From: Candidatus Nitrospira inopinata
Lineage (GTDB): Bacteria; Nitrospirota; Nitrospiria; Nitrospirales; Nitrospiraceae
Length of the DNA stretch: 32,000 nucleotides
Reading direction: 5' to 3'
Assembly: GCF_001458695.1 (NCBI RefSeq)
Contig: NZ_LN885086.1
Location: 600,001-632,000 of the forward strand
Shown: piece after piece, positions 13,721-23,250 of the stretch
How positions within the stretch are numbered: the stretch's first letter is position 1
Layout: each line of letters opens with the position of its first letter
Notes under the pieces: generated by a model
The model's input: only the letters and a program-made list of their open reading frames with translations
The model's database searches: none
Told to the model about the DNA's origin: nothing
Translations under genes and position numbers: made by a program

Positions 13721-16459
13721 TCATCCGCTTGCCGGTTGACCAACTCGGCTGCGCTTCTTCCATTGTTTACGCAACCAGGTCTCAACTTCCACCACGGCAT
13801 AGCCGATGAGGGCCACTGCGAGCACCAACACCCAAGCGGCTCCGTCGATCGGAACCGTGTGAAACAGGCGGTTCATCACCGGCACATAGGTCAACAGCAG
13901 TTGCAAAATGGTCATGGTGGTGACGCCCACCCAAATCCATGGATTGCTGAACACGCCGACGTAAAACATACTGTGCTCCAATGACCGGCAATTGAAGAGA
14001 TAAAACAATTCCACCATCACGAACACATTCACCGCCGCCGTGCGGGCTGCCATGATCGACTCGGTCCGATCGAGTTCCCAGAGAAACACCCCATAGGCGC
14101 CGGCCAACATCAGGAACGACACCATGAAGATCCGTTCGATCAGGACTCCCGTCAAAATCGGCTGATTGGGGTCGCGAGGGGGTCTCGTCATGATACCCGG
14201 CTCCTTGGGCTCGAAGGCCAACATCAAGCCGAGCGCCACCGCCGTCGTCATGTTGATCCATAGAATCTGGACAGGCAGGATCGGCAGCACGGTCCCGAGC
14301 GCGATCGCCGCCAGCAAGACCAACCCCTCTCCCATGTTGGTCGGCAGGGTCCAGACGATGAACTTGGTCAAGTTGTCGAAGACACACCGGCCTTCCTCCA
14401 CCGCCGCTTCGATCGACGCAAAATTGTCGTCGGTCAGCACCATGTCCGCGGCCTCCTTCGCCACTTCAGTGCCGCCTCGTCCCATCGCTACGCCGATGTT
14501 TGCCTGTTTCAGCGCCGGAGCGTCGTTGACCCCGTCGCCGGTCATGGCAACCACATGTGACCGTGCCTGCAACGCCTCCACTAATCGCAGTTTTTGCTCC
14601 GGCGACACCCGCGCAAAGACGGCCGTGCGTTCAGCCGCTTCAACGAGTTGTTCTTGTGGGGTCGCGGCCAATTCTTGGCCGGTCATCACGATCAATTCTC
14701 TCCCATCCGAACCTTTGCGGCCGTCTAGTCCAATTTGCGCCGCGATGGCCCTCGCCGTGACGGCATGGTCGCCGGTGATCATCTTGACGGCGATGCCGGC
14801 CTGTTGGCAGGCCCGCACCGCCGCGATGGCTTCCGGCCTCGGCGGATCGATCATGGCCTGGAGCCCCAACAACGTCAGGCCTCCTTTCACCTCTTGTTCC
14901 GTCAGCGAGACGGCCGCTGGCATCGCCTTGCGGGCAAAGGCCAGGACGCGCAGCCCCCGAGCGGCGAACCGTTCGACCTGATCAAGGACGGCCGAAGAAT
15001 CGAACGGCCGTTCCGCGCCATCAAGCTCCAGCAGGCGGTCACAGAGCGGGATCAGTTTTTCCACCGCCCCCTTGAGATAGATCACCGATTTTGCTCCTCT
15101 CGTCTCCGGCGCTTCCGCGCGATGGAGCGTCGCCATAAATTGCCGCTCCGATTCAAACGGGATCGCGTCGAGGCGAGGCATAGACTCGTTGAGCTGCGCG
15201 GGATCGAGACCAGCCTTCCTGGCCGCCACCAGGAGAGCCCCTTCCGTCGGATCGCCGATGATCGTCCACCGCCCGTCCCGTTCCACATGTTGCGCGTCGT
15301 TACAGAGGATCCCGGCCGTCAACAGCTCGATCACACCAGCGGGGAGCGCCGACAACTGACGACTGCCTTCCTCCCGTATCTCACCAACCGGCTCATAGCC
15401 GGCACCATCGACCTCGAACGACCGCTGGCCGACCCAGAGAGCCTGGACCGTCATCTCATTTTTCGTCAACGTGCCGGTCTTATCCGAACAAATGACGGTG
15501 GTGCTGCCCAAGGTCTCAACCGCCGGCAATTTGCGGATGATGGCGTTGCGTTTCGCCATTCGACTCACCCCGATCGCCAATGTGATCGTGACCGCGGCCG
15601 GTAACCCTTCGGGAATCGCACCCACCGCGAGCGCCACCGCCGCCATGAAAATGTCCTTGGCCTCCTGCCCCCGCCAGAGGCCCAGCAGGAAGGTGAGAGC
15701 GGCCAGGCCGAGGATGGCTACCGTGAGCACCTTGCTGAAAGACGCCAATTTCTGAGTCAGCGGCGTCTCCAGTTGCGTCGTCTCGCCCATCAACTGATGG
15801 ATCCGCCCCAACTCCGTCTCCACGCCGGTCGAAACGACCACCCCCGTTCCTTGCCCATAGGTCACGAAGGTGCCGGAAAAGGCCATGTTCTTCCGATCGC
15901 TCACCACCGTCTCGGACGGCAAGACGTGATCGACCTTCTCGACGGGGAGGGATTCCCCGGTCAGCGCCGATTCATCGATCCGAAGCTCGCGAACCTTGGT
16001 CAAACGAAGATCCGCGGGAACCTTGTCGCCCGACTCCAGCAAGACGACATCCCCCGGCACGATCTCCTCGGAAGGAATGCGGAGCGTCCGCCCATCCCGC
16101 CGGACCTTGGCCTCCGTCGTCATCATCGAGGCCAAAGCATCCAACGCCGCCTCCGCGCGCGATTCCTGGATAAATCCCACGATGGCATTCACGAACACGA
16201 CGCCGAAGATCACGGCGGCATCCACCCACTCGCCCAGCAACATCGTGACGACCGTCGCCACTAGCAGGACGTAAATGAGCGGGTGATGGAACTGAAACAA
16301 AAACCGGATCAACGGCCCATGGCGCCTGAACTTGGGCAACAGGTTGGGGCCAAACCGCGCGAGTCGTCGCGCCGCTTCGTTCGACGTCAACCCCTTGGCG
16401 ACGTCGGTCTCCAGCAGAAGCACGACCTCGTGCGCCGGGAGGTGATGATGAGATGTCAT
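13721..16459 (-). CDS. Cation-transporting P-type ATPase, type II (SERCA/Ca2+-like)
   Basis: The 912-aa product has TGES (ALTGESLPVEK), the phosphorylation site CSDKTGTLT, KGAVE, MITGDH, the hinge MTGDGVNDAPALK, and 10 TM-like segments. Confidence 0.9.
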   Translation of the reverse strand: MTSHHHLPAHEVVLLLETDVAKGLTSNEAARRLARFGPNLLPKFRRHGPLIRFLFQFHHPLIYVLLVATVVTMLLGEWVDAAVIFGVVFVNAIVGFIQESRAEAALDALASMMTTEAKVRRDGRTLRIPSEEIVPGDVVLLESGDKVPADLRLTKVRELRIDESALTGESLPVEKVDHVLPSETVVSDRKNMAFSGTFVTYGQGTGVVVSTGVETELGRIHQLMGETTQLETPLTQKLASFSKVLTVAILGLAALTFLLGLWRGQEAKDIFMAAVALAVGAIPEGLPAAVTITLAIGVSRMAKRNAIIRKLPAVETLGSTTVICSDKTGTLTKNEMTVQALWVGQRSFEVDGAGYEPVGEIREEGSRQLSALPAGVIELLTAGILCNDAQHVERDGRWTIIGDPTEGALLVAARKAGLDPAQLNESMPRLDAIPFESERQFMATLHRAEAPETRGAKSVIYLKGAVEKLIPLCDRLLELDGAERPFDSSAVLDQVERFAARGLRVLAFARKAMPAAVSLTEQEVKGGLTLLGLQAMIDPPRPEAIAAVRACQQAGIAVKMITGDHAVTARAIAAQIGLDGRKGSDGRELIVMTGQELAATPQEQLVEAAERTAVFARVSPEQKLRLVEALQARSHVVAMTGDGVNDAPALKQANIGVAMGRGGTEVAKEAADMVLTDDNFASIEAAVEEGRCVFDNLTKFIVWTLPTNMGEGLVLLAAIALGTVLPILPVQILWINMTTAVALGLMLAFEPKEPGIMTRPPRDPNQPILTGVLIERIFMVSFLMLAGAYGVFLWELDRTESIMAARTAAVNVFVMVELFYLFNCRSLEHSMFYVGVFSNPWIWVGVTTMTILQLLLTYVPVMNRLFHTVPIDGAAWVLVLAVALIGYAVVEVETWLRKQWKKRSRVGQPASG

Positions 16460-16480
16460 ACGGCCGCCTCGTTACTCATG

Positions 16481-16507
16481 TCAGGTACCGTACACGCGGT
16501 GACCTGA
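16481..16507 (-). other. Strong hairpin in the P-type ATPase 5' leader
   Basis: tcaggtaccg (16481-16490) pairs with cggtgacctga (16497-16507) as 10 bp with one bulge and a 6-nt loop. It can be extended by wobble pairs. It ends 21 nt upstream of ATG 16459, just before the GAGG SD. Confidence 0.6.
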
Positions 16508-16606
16508 TGTGCACCATAGACAACGTATCCGGCGAACACAACCGGAATGATCGACTTCTTGGCCGCCGCCGATATAACCATCGATGTGACCATGGGGTGA
16601 AAGAGA

Positions 16607-16915
16607 TCACGGCGCCGAGCCTGGAAACTCGCTCTCCGCCGACTGCGCAAGAGTCGCCTCCAGCTGGCGAATGCGCTCTCCCTGAGATTCGACAGTCTCT
16701 TCCAGACGGCGGATTTCCCTGGCTCGCCTGATTCGCGGCCCCAGGGACGCAATGAACGTCAAGAGGGAACCGACCGTGGCCGAGCCGAGAATGATCAGCA
16801 CCAACGACGTCTCATAATCCCACGCAAGAAGCCGGACATGGACCACCGCGGTGTTTTGCAGCGCAAACAGAGCGATGAGGATCGCGAACAGCAGGGCCAC
16901 CAGCAACATCGGCAT
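16607..16915 (-). CDS. LapA/DUF1049-family small membrane protein
   Basis: The 102-aa product has two TM helices (LLVALLFAILIALFALQN, LVLIILGSATVGSLLTFI), then a basic stretch and a coiled C-terminus. Confidence 0.7.
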   Translation of the reverse strand: MPMLLVALLFAILIALFALQNTAVVHVRLLAWDYETSLVLIILGSATVGSLLTFIASLGPRIRRAREIRRLEETVESQGERIRQLEATLAQSAESEFPGSAP

Positions 16916-16987
16916 CGTCTTGTCCTCCTTGGCAACCGATCCCGGTCACCGTCTCTCCGATCCACTTCGATCAGCAATCCACCTCGA

Positions 16988-18373
16988 TCAACCTTCAAGC
17001 CGGCGAAGGCGTCTGAGCAACGTCCAGCCGATCGATCCCGCCACGGCCGATGCCGCCAGGATGCCCACTTTCGCCGGCGCATCGAGCGGCGTTTTCCCGA
17101 AGGCCAATCCTTCAATGAACAGCGACATCGTGAAGCCGATCCCGGCCAGAAACCCGACCCCTGCGAGATGGCGCCAGGTCAGGTCCGACGGCATCGTCGC
17201 GGCTCCCGCGCGAATCGTCGACCAGGAGGCCAGCAAGATTCCGGCCGGTTTGCCGATGACCAGACCGGCCATGATCCCGAGCGCGACCGGATGTCCCAAC
17301 GTGATCAGGGGATCTCCTTCCAACGATACTCCCGCGTTGGCCAGCGCGAACAGCGGGAGGACCACGGCCGTCACCCAGGGATGAAGCCCCTGTTCCAACC
17401 GTTGCAGCGGCGTGCCGGCCTCGCCGGCCACCTCGCGCAGCCGGGACACGACCTTGTGCCCCGCTTGGTTTGCCAGCGGAGAACCGCTCGCCTCCATCAC
17501 CGTTTGAAATTTTTCGAGCAACCGACGGCTCTTGGCGATGAACTCTTCACCTGACAGTGTCGTGCGCGCCGGGATCGTGAACGCCGCAAGCACGCCGGCG
17601 ATGGTCGGATGGACACCGGACAAGAGAAACGCCAACCAAAGTCCGCCGATTCCCAACAGTCCGTACACGAGGGGATGACGGACGCCCACCATGTTCGCGC
17701 CGATCAAGAGCGCCAAGAACCCGCCTCCCATCGCCAGACTCCCCCACGAAATCGTCGACGTGTAAAAGAAGGCGATGATCAGGACCGCGCACAAATCGTC
17801 GGCGATGGCGAGCGCCACGAGAAAGACCTTCAACGAGAGCGGCACGCCCTTGCCAAGCAGGGAGAGGATGCCCAACGAAAAGGCGATATCCGTGGCCATG
17901 GGAATGCCCCACCCCTTTGCGCCGTCCGTCCCCGCGTTGAACGAGGCATAGAGCACCGCCGGAAAAACCGATCCGCCCAACGCGGCGGCGAGGGGCAGCG
18001 AGGCTTGGCGCAGCGAGGACAATTCCCCGACCAATACCTCGCGCTTGATCTCCAAGCCGATGACGAAAAAAAACATGGCCATCAGCCCGTCGTTGATCCA
18101 GAGGACCAGCGGTTCGGTGAGCACAAAGTCGCCAACCCCCACCGTCACCGGCAGCCGCCGAAAGGCGGCATAGCTCTCCGACCAGGGCGAGTTGGCCCAG
18201 ACCAAGGCAATGACCGTGGAAATCAGCAGGAGGATGCCCCCTGCCGACTCGGCGTGGATGAACTTCTGAAAGGGCTCCACCACCGGCTGGATCAACGGAG
18301 CCGCACCCTGGTTTTCAAACGAACGATCGAACGAACGATCCATGCTTCCCCTTTGGAAGTCCGCTGCTTTCAC
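16988..18373 (-). CDS. nhaA: Na+/H+ antiporter NhaA
   Basis: The product reads FIHAESAGGILLLISTVIALVWANSPW..., WINDGLMAMFFFVIGLEIKRE, and ALAIADDL (the DD motif). GTG 18373 overlaps the gntK stop (GTGA). ATG 18343 with an AGGGG SD is an alternative start. Confidence 0.9.
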   Translation of the reverse strand: MKAADFQRGSMDRSFDRSFENQGAAPLIQPVVEPFQKFIHAESAGGILLLISTVIALVWANSPWSESYAAFRRLPVTVGVGDFVLTEPLVLWINDGLMAMFFFVIGLEIKREVLVGELSSLRQASLPLAAALGGSVFPAVLYASFNAGTDGAKGWGIPMATDIAFSLGILSLLGKGVPLSLKVFLVALAIADDLCAVLIIAFFYTSTISWGSLAMGGGFLALLIGANMVGVRHPLVYGLLGIGGLWLAFLLSGVHPTIAGVLAAFTIPARTTLSGEEFIAKSRRLLEKFQTVMEASGSPLANQAGHKVVSRLREVAGEAGTPLQRLEQGLHPWVTAVVLPLFALANAGVSLEGDPLITLGHPVALGIMAGLVIGKPAGILLASWSTIRAGAATMPSDLTWRHLAGVGFLAGIGFTMSLFIEGLAFGKTPLDAPAKVGILAASAVAGSIGWTLLRRLRRLEG

Positions 18374-18921
18374 CCCGTCTTGTCATATCTCTCTTCCTCC
18401 TCACAGACCAAGGTGAGATCTGGGTGAGATCTGATGGAGGCCACGATCCGATCAGGCGACTCGTCGATAGCAACCGTCAGCGCATCGCCCGGCTCCTCCA
18501 ATGTTTCAAACTGACTGGCCAATAGGTCCTTGTGCATAAAGTGATCGGTTCGATCAGCCAGGCGCCGCGCGATGAGATCACGATCTCCCTTGAGATAGAC
18601 CAACCGAACTTCATGCTCACAGCCCTGCACCAAATAACTCCGATAGGCCGTCTTGAGCGCCGAGCAGGCCAAGACCGTCGGCCTGCCTTGTGCCACCCAT
18701 GAGGCGATAGCCGAGCGAAGGTCCTCCAGCCACGGCCGTCGGTCTTCATCGGTCAAGGGAATCCCCCTGGCCAACTTGTCGCGATTGTCGGCAGAGTGAA
18801 AGTCATCCGCGTCGGCGAAATGCCATCCGATCTGCTCCGCCAGCAACCGGCCGATCGTCGTTTTCCCGGAACCAGAGACACCCATGATCAGGATCACCAG
18901 GGGAGACCCCTCCGACTTCAC
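18370..18921 (-). CDS. gntK: Gluconokinase (shikimate-kinase-fold GntK)
   Basis: It has the P-loop IMGVSGSGKTT, then ADADDFHSADNRDKLARGIPLTDEDRRPWL and ACSALK. The track ORF (to 19110) would overlap the upstream gene by about 160 nt. In-frame GTG 18921, with GAGG upstream, gives a typical product of about 183 aa. Confidence 0.85.
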   Translation of the reverse strand: MKSEGSPLVILIMGVSGSGKTTIGRLLAEQIGWHFADADDFHSADNRDKLARGIPLTDEDRRPWLEDLRSAIASWVAQGRPTVLACSALKTAYRSYLVQGCEHEVRLVYLKGDRDLIARRLADRTDHFMHKDLLASQFETLEEPGDALTVAIDESPDRIVASIRSHPDLTLVCEEEERYDKTG

Positions 18922-18952
18922 TTCAGCCTCAGCCCCTCTCGAACGTTGCCGC

Positions 18953-21682
18953 TCACCGCCCTCCACTGCGCCTCGCTCGCACGTTCCGTTTCGCGCCCGC
19001 TTCTCGTCGGCTTTGGGCGCAATCTCCGAGCAACCTCGTGACCAGCGCCGTCCATCCAGTCTGGTGACTCGCTCCACATCCCCTTCCCGTATCGCCGTCG
19101 AAGTACTCATGGAACAGGGTCAACGAACGCCAATGGGGATCCTCGGCAAACCGGCGATCTTCGACGTGCCAGGGCCTCATGCCCTGATCGTTTGGGAGAA
19201 AGATGCCGGCGAGGCGGGCGGCCAATGACAGGGCGATCGCGCGCAGGGACTGTTTCTGTCCCGAACCGGTCGGGTATTCAACCTGGAATCCGTCTCCATA
19301 ATAGTGGTGATATCGTTCAAGCGCCTCGATCAGGAGGTAGTTGGTCGGAAACCACACAGGTCCGCGCCAGTTGGAATTGCCTCCGAACAGATCGTTGTCT
19401 GATTCCCCTGACACATAAGCCACGCGATACTCGTTTCCCTCCACGGAGAACACGTAGGGGTGATCGCGATGAATTTGGGAAAGTGATCGCAACCCATAGG
19501 GCGACAAGAACTCCCGTTCGTCCAGGGCATAGCGCAAGACCCGCTCCAATCGCTCCTTGGTCGGAATGGCCAGGAGCAATCGTTCATGGGATCCATCCGT
19601 AAGCGATTCCAGGTAGGAGATCTGCGTGGCGAGATCCCGCCGATTCTCAAGAAACCACTGCATCCGCCTGGTAAAGCCGGGCAGCCGGTCAAGATACTCC
19701 CGTTCCAAGACCTCGACGGCGATGAGGGGCAACAGGCCGACCATCGACCGCACCCGCAGAGGAACCGCTTCTCCGTTGATATGGAGATGATCGTAGTAAA
19801 ACCCGTCTTGCTCATCCCATAAGCCGGTCCCATCGAGATGATTCATCGCATCGGCGATGGCGACAAAATGTTCGAAGAACTTGCTCGCGACGTCCTCATA
19901 GGTCCGGTCATGCTGAGCTAGTTCCAGCGCCATCGCCAGCATCGTGAGGCAGTAAAAGGCCATCCAAGCCGTGCCATCCGCCTGTTCCAGGTGCCCACCG
20001 GTCGGAAGCGGCTTCGACCGATCGAACACTCCGATGTTGTCGAGTCCCAGAAATCCTCCGGAGAACAGGTGCTTGCCTCGGACATCCTTGCGATTGACCC
20101 ACCAGGTAAAATTGATGAGCAACTTGTGAAACGCCCGGGCAAGAAACACCAGGTCCCGCTCCCCTCGTTTGCCGGTGATCTTGTAAAGACGCCAGCAGGC
20201 CCAGGCATGGACCGGCGGATTCGTATCGGAAAACGCGAACTCATAGGCCGGCATTTCCCCGTTCGGGTGCATGTACCATTCGCGCAGAAACAACAGGAGT
20301 TGCGACTTGGCGAAGAAGGGATCGACGGAAGCGAACGGGAGCATATGAAATGCCGAATCCCACACCGCATACCAGGGAAATTCCCACTTGTCCGGCATGG
20401 AAATCACGTCGCGGTTGTAGAGATGGATCCAATCGCTGTTCCGGCCGTTCTTGCGGGACGGCGGCGGAGCCGGATAGGCGGGATCTCCGTCCAGCCACTC
20501 TTTGACGACATAGAAATAACTCTGTTTGGTCCAGAGCAATCCCGCATAGGCCTGGCGGGCGACCTGCCGTTCATCATCCGACAGTTCAGGGGGAATGACC
20601 GTCTCATAGAACTGGTCGGTCTCCTTGAGCCGATCTTCAAAAATCCGATCGAACGGTCGCCCGAACGGCGACGAGGGCGCCTCCTGCTCGGACGAGAGCC
20701 GGAGCCGCACGACCGCCTCCCCCCCGGCCGGCACCTCCAACCGATAGAGAGCGGCGGCCTTCGTTCCCGTGAAGCTGGGATTCACGGCCTCGGTTCGTCC
20801 GTGGACCACATAGTCGTGAAACGCATCCTTCACATAGGGCGAAGGATTGGGCACTCCGAACAATCGCATCATGTTCGTTTCATTCTCGGTAAAGAGCAAT
20901 GGTGGGATTGAGTCGCCAGCCACTGGTTCTACCGAGAAACGAAACCGTCCCAGCCGATGGTGTTCGGCCAGCAAGGTTGTCTCGCCGATTTTCGAAAGGT
21001 GAGGCTTGGGTCCATACTCGTCGCCAGACCGCCCCCAGCTCCACGTATTGCGAAACCAAAGGGTCGGCAAGAGATGCAACGAGGCCCGGTCAGGCCCGCG
21101 ATTGATGATCGTGAGGCGGATCAGGATATCCTCCGGAGACGATTTGGCGTATTCGGCAGAGACGTCCCAATACCGGTGGTCGTCAAAGATCCCCGTGTCG
21201 GTCAGCTCGAATTCACGATCGCCTTTGCCGCGCCGGCGGTTTTCTTCCACCAGCCGGCGATAGGGGAACTCAGCCTGCGGATACTTGTAGAGGGCCTTCA
21301 GGTAGGAATGGGTCGGCGTCGAATCGAGATAGAAGTACCATTCCTTGACATCTTCGCCATGGTTTCCTTCCGGTCCCGCCAAGCCAAACAGACGCTCCTT
21401 GAGAATCGGATCCTTCCCGTTCCAGAGGGCCAAGGCAAAACAGAGCCTCGCGCGCCGATCGCAGATGCCCAGCAACCCATCTTCTCCCCATCGGTACGCG
21501 CGGCTCCTGGCATGGTCGTGGGGAAAATAGTCCCAACAGGTGCCGTTTGCCGAATAGTCTTCCCTGACCGTTCCCCACTGTCGCTCGGACAGATAAGGCC
21601 CCCACCGTTTCCAGTTCCGCTTCCGTTCCGCCTCCTCGACCAGCCGTTGCGCTTCAGCTCCATTCCGTTTTGTCTTGGCCAT
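18953..21682 (-). CDS. GH63-like (MGH1-type) glucosidase
   Basis: The 909-aa product has the N-terminal signature WKRWGPYLSERQWGTVREDYS...YFPHDHARSRAYRWGEDGLLGICD...LALWNGKDPILKERLFGL..EGNHGEDVKEWYFYLD and an (alpha/alpha)6-like C-terminal half. The SD is CAGGAGGA. Confidence 0.8.
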   Translation of the reverse strand: MAKTKRNGAEAQRLVEEAERKRNWKRWGPYLSERQWGTVREDYSANGTCWDYFPHDHARSRAYRWGEDGLLGICDRRARLCFALALWNGKDPILKERLFGLAGPEGNHGEDVKEWYFYLDSTPTHSYLKALYKYPQAEFPYRRLVEENRRRGKGDREFELTDTGIFDDHRYWDVSAEYAKSSPEDILIRLTIINRGPDRASLHLLPTLWFRNTWSWGRSGDEYGPKPHLSKIGETTLLAEHHRLGRFRFSVEPVAGDSIPPLLFTENETNMMRLFGVPNPSPYVKDAFHDYVVHGRTEAVNPSFTGTKAAALYRLEVPAGGEAVVRLRLSSEQEAPSSPFGRPFDRIFEDRLKETDQFYETVIPPELSDDERQVARQAYAGLLWTKQSYFYVVKEWLDGDPAYPAPPPSRKNGRNSDWIHLYNRDVISMPDKWEFPWYAVWDSAFHMLPFASVDPFFAKSQLLLFLREWYMHPNGEMPAYEFAFSDTNPPVHAWACWRLYKITGKRGERDLVFLARAFHKLLINFTWWVNRKDVRGKHLFSGGFLGLDNIGVFDRSKPLPTGGHLEQADGTAWMAFYCLTMLAMALELAQHDRTYEDVASKFFEHFVAIADAMNHLDGTGLWDEQDGFYYDHLHINGEAVPLRVRSMVGLLPLIAVEVLEREYLDRLPGFTRRMQWFLENRRDLATQISYLESLTDGSHERLLLAIPTKERLERVLRYALDEREFLSPYGLRSLSQIHRDHPYVFSVEGNEYRVAYVSGESDNDLFGGNSNWRGPVWFPTNYLLIEALERYHHYYGDGFQVEYPTGSGQKQSLRAIALSLAARLAGIFLPNDQGMRPWHVEDRRFAEDPHWRSLTLFHEYFDGDTGRGCGASHQTGWTALVTRLLGDCAQSRREAGAKRNVRARRSGGR

Positions 21683-21860
21683 GATGTCCTCCTGTCTTCA
21701 CCCCCTCAGGAACCGAGCATCGCTATGCTCGCGAGCGGAACCGGCATGGGCGCCCGACGAATTTCCCGCTCAACGCACGCTCGTTCCGCACCACCTTGCA
21801 AATGGCCGAAGGAACAGCGCGTGGCTTGCGAACCTCTTACAAGGATCTCCGGCGCTGGAC

Positions 21861-23228
21861 TCAGAGGCGAACCGGGCCGTCTGAGCCGGCCGCATATTCG
21901 ATCAGCGGTACGCCGCCTTCCCGCCAGACCTGCAGAATCGGTTCGACGATCCGCCAGGACTCCTCCGCTTCGTCGTCGCGAATGGACAGGGTCGGATCCC
22001 CCTCCAAGATATCGACGAGCAGGCGGGCATAGGCCGGCAATCCCACGGAGGGGAACGGTTTGTCCAATTCGATGCAATCAAGCTTGCAGAGGTCTCCCGG
22101 TTCATTCACGTTGACCGAGAGCGCGATGCGATCGGGGCTCAATTCGATCGAGAGCCTGTTGGGAACCGGCTGCGCGTCCTGTCCGAAGGCCAAATGGGGA
22201 ACGGACTTGAAATGAATGGTGATCTCGCGGCGATCCCGGCCCAAAGCCTTTCCCGTGCGAAGCACGAAGGGAACGCCGGCCCACCGCCAATTGTCGATCG
22301 CCAGCGTGACTTGAGCGAAGGTTTCCGTGTGGCGCTCCACCCGCACACCAGATTCCTCCACATACGAAGGGATCTCCTTTCCGCCGATCACCCCTTTCGT
22401 GTAGCGCCCCCGAACCGTCTGCCGTCCCACTTCGTCCGGCTCAAGCCGTCGCACGGCCCGTAGCACCGCTACCTTGTGATCGCGCAAAGTCCGTTCGTCC
22501 AACGCGTGCAAGGGCTCCATGGCGACCAACGCCAGCAACTGCAAGAGGTGATTTTGAATCATGTCGCGGAGGGCGCCCGTGGCATCGTAGAACGAGGCTC
22601 GGCCGGCCGCTGTGATCGTCTCATCCCAGATAATTTCGACTCGCTCGATATGGTGGGTGCTCCACACAGGCTCGAAGATACGATTGGCGAACCGCAGGCC
22701 CAGGATGTTCTGCACCGTCTGTTTGCCCAGAAAATGATCGAGCCTGAAGACGTCCTGCTCGGGGAACGACTCATGGAGAAGGCGATTCAACGATTGCGCG
22801 GACTTGAGATTTTCCCCAAAGGGTTTTTCGAGCACGACCTTGCTCCCCTTGGGCAACTTGAGCGCGACCAGCGATTCGATGGACGGGGCAAACAAGGCCG
22901 GAGGCAACGCGAGATAGGCCACCAACGGACCGGTCACACGGCTCAATGCTTGAGCGAGCTGGTCACGATTCGTCACATCGGCACGACAATAGTCGATTTT
23001 CCCAAGAATCGTTTCCCGCAGGCCCGAGACACCGACGGTGCCGGACGCCGCCAGTTTCTCCTTGAGATGGCTCCTGAATTTCTCCTGGTTCCAGTCGTCT
23101 TGCGCAATCCCCAGCACCCGAAACCCCTCCGGCAATTTTCCCTCTTCATGAAGGCGGACGATGGCCGGCATCAAGAACCTCGACGTCAAGTCACCCGACG
23201 CCCCGAAAATCACGAGAGTCTGAATCAT
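21861..23228 (-). CDS. zwf: Glucose-6-phosphate dehydrogenase
   Basis: The product reads MIQTLVIFGASGDLTSRFLMPA (NADP-binding), RLDHFLGKQTVQNIL (active-site motif) and a C-terminal YAAGSDGP. ATG 23228 has a GGGAGG SD. The track start at 23324 adds an Arg/Ser-rich extension that is unlikely to be real. Confidence 0.95.
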   Translation of the reverse strand: MIQTLVIFGASGDLTSRFLMPAIVRLHEEGKLPEGFRVLGIAQDDWNQEKFRSHLKEKLAASGTVGVSGLRETILGKIDYCRADVTNRDQLAQALSRVTGPLVAYLALPPALFAPSIESLVALKLPKGSKVVLEKPFGENLKSAQSLNRLLHESFPEQDVFRLDHFLGKQTVQNILGLRFANRIFEPVWSTHHIERVEIIWDETITAAGRASFYDATGALRDMIQNHLLQLLALVAMEPLHALDERTLRDHKVAVLRAVRRLEPDEVGRQTVRGRYTKGVIGGKEIPSYVEESGVRVERHTETFAQVTLAIDNWRWAGVPFVLRTGKALGRDRREITIHFKSVPHLAFGQDAQPVPNRLSIELSPDRIALSVNVNEPGDLCKLDCIELDKPFPSVGLPAYARLLVDILEGDPTLSIRDDEAEESWRIVEPILQVWREGGVPLIEYAAGSDGPVRL

Positions 23229-23250
23229 CCCGGCGCCTCCCTTCTGCCTC

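Noticed and set aside
16460-16606. Mg2+ (M-box) or other riboswitch upstream of the P-type ATPase
   Set aside because: I could not recognise any conserved riboswitch core in the 147-nt leader. Only a generic hairpin is present. A covariance-model scan is needed before any such claim.
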